Positions 62,286-64,000 of a stretch of 64,000 nt of DNA are shown here, one piece after another. Source of the DNA: Podarcis cretensis (taxonomy: Eukaryota); contig OX638151.1 in assembly GCA_951804945.1 (NCBI GenBank), forward strand, positions 48,608,001 through 48,672,000. The letters are read 5' to 3'. The position numbers were made by a program, and so were the translations under genes. Position 1 is the stretch's first letter, and the number at the start of each line of letters is the position of its first letter. A model generated the notes under the pieces. That model saw nothing but the letters and a program-made list of their open reading frames with translations. It was not told where the DNA came from and made no database searches.

Positions 62286-64000
62286 AACAGGTTTTTGCAT
62301 TGTTTCAAAAGCCTATGTACCCAGAGTTGAGAGAGAGATACAAACGGGATGGGTGTACATCATGGGAAGCAAAGCCTCATCACTTTCAGTTTTGTTTGGA
62401 CACTTGCCTGCCTCTCCCACAAGTAAGCAGCTGCTAGGCTGTGGAGAAGTACTAAGCTGTGAGAATTACCATTTTTTAGGTGATCGCTCCTAAATGGCCC
62501 TAGAAATCTGTCATGCTCTGTCCAAACTATTAACTTATTATTTCCTAATGTTCATATCCTGTCTTTCCTCCATCATGGACCCCATGGTGGGTACACATTC
62601 CCAGGTAGTCACTCATCCACACACTGACCAGTTTAAGACCTGATCAGCTTCAACAAGATGGTAGCCTCGTGCCTTCGGACCATACCCGACGAGAGTGGTA
62701 TTAACCACATTATTTGCATGCAGCTTGTCAGTCCCATACACCGGTGCTCTGTGGAACATAACAGGAGCCCCAGTTCAAATCCTCCCCCTCCTGTTGGTAT
62801 GGCTACTGGGATGCATTCAGCATTTCAAACTAAAAGAAAATCAATTTATGATTCTGAGTCAAAATGGCAGTAAAACAATGGAAACCACATGGGAAATCAG
62901 TGGTACAATTGAAGACTGAGCAAGATATAAGGGAAAGATGAAGGACAGGAAGACTGACCTGGGAGCAAAGTCAGTTGTTAACAGATTACCAAACAGAGCA
63001 ATAACCCCTTCCCATACAATGAATAGCCTTGTACCCTGAGCCAGGGACACAGGGACATGCAGTTATCTATGGCCAGAAGAGTGGGTCTTTATTGCCTTTG
63101 CAAAGTTTTAAAATAAAAATTGCATTTTAAAAATAAAAATTGCAGCAGCAAATTGGGGTTTGAATCCTGGAAGCTTGTGATTTCCACACAACAGAAGCAA
63201 TTTCTTCAGTAAAAGATCATGTGGATCCTGCACTACAAAGTGCCTACTAATATGTGATTCATTGGTTTGATTAATTGAATTAAAACTTGTAATCAAATAA
63301 AAAGGTGCCACCAATTAATCAGGCAACAGATTTATATTATAATTATTGATAATATATAACAACTACAGATGGGAAACATAATCTCAAAAGAAGCATTTGG
63401 CTTTCTGTGTTGCAAACTGGAAGAGGTTATTCTTCTAAGATTATGACTGATTGACACACGTCCATAATCTAGAAACAAAGACAGTATGCATGCTGCTTGT
63501 TCTGTTTTTACTCATGTGTATGGGTTTAATCGACTTAAATCCATACAGTTAATTGACTAACATTGTAGGTGGCAGTCTTAATCATTGCACAAAAGCCTTA
63601 CCTGCAAAGCCTCTTGATGGTTCCTCATACCTTCTGCCCACACCAGGAAATGTTTGCTTTTAAAACAAACTTCTAAAATACAACTTTCCCTGGGCTCAAT
63701 TCTACTTGCTTGAATTTTTCTTTAAAATAAAAAATTTAAAAAATCACCTAATAATCTCACATGGGGGATTTGCTGTGGTGAACCCTGTGGCAGGCGTACT
63801 TTGCATATGCTCAGAGACATCTCTTTTCCAGCCATCTCAAAGGGGGGAAAGGGTCTAATAATAAGGTATTAGAAGCAAAATTAGCTACCAAAAAGGCTTT
63901 ATGTTCCCAACATTGGAAAGCTCCCATTCAAATTAATCAGAGGAAGAACACAGCTTCACTCCCCTCCAGACACACTTATCAGATAGTGTAAATCAAATAG

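Overview
Vertebrate genomic DNA, almost certainly from a squamate and probably a lacertid lizard (inferred from Sauria SINEs, BovB and a tRNA-Lys/CR1-type SINE). It contains two convergent spliced genes. (1) The last 11 coding exons of PCNX2 (pecanex 2) lie on the + strand (11980-41073), all phase-consistent, with one GC-AG intron. (2) The complete 5-exon NTPCR gene lies on the - strand (61175-50079; 573 nt, 190 aa), with a CpG-island promoter. The rest is intron and intergenic DNA dense in transposable elements, many with readable target-site duplications (TSDs): five Sauria SINEs, a near-intact BovB fragment, L1 and L2 fragments, Tc1/mariner and hAT MITEs, and a Penelope-like perfect palindrome. 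The most notable item is a pair of 5'-complete, TSD-flanked L1-derived elements of ~2.1-2.2 kb. Each keeps the promoter, ORF1 and only the last ~30 codons of ORF2, joined at the same junction, which suggests a non-autonomous 'half-L1' family. Other leads are TE insertions in the NTPCR 3' UTR that supply candidate poly(A) signals, an inverted near-identical SINE pair bracketing three PCNX2 exons, a possible alternative last exon of PCNX2, and MITEs with swappable GC-rich cargo. All identities were judged by eye and family names come from recalled consensus motifs; no searches were run. There is one assembly gap (13235-13386).
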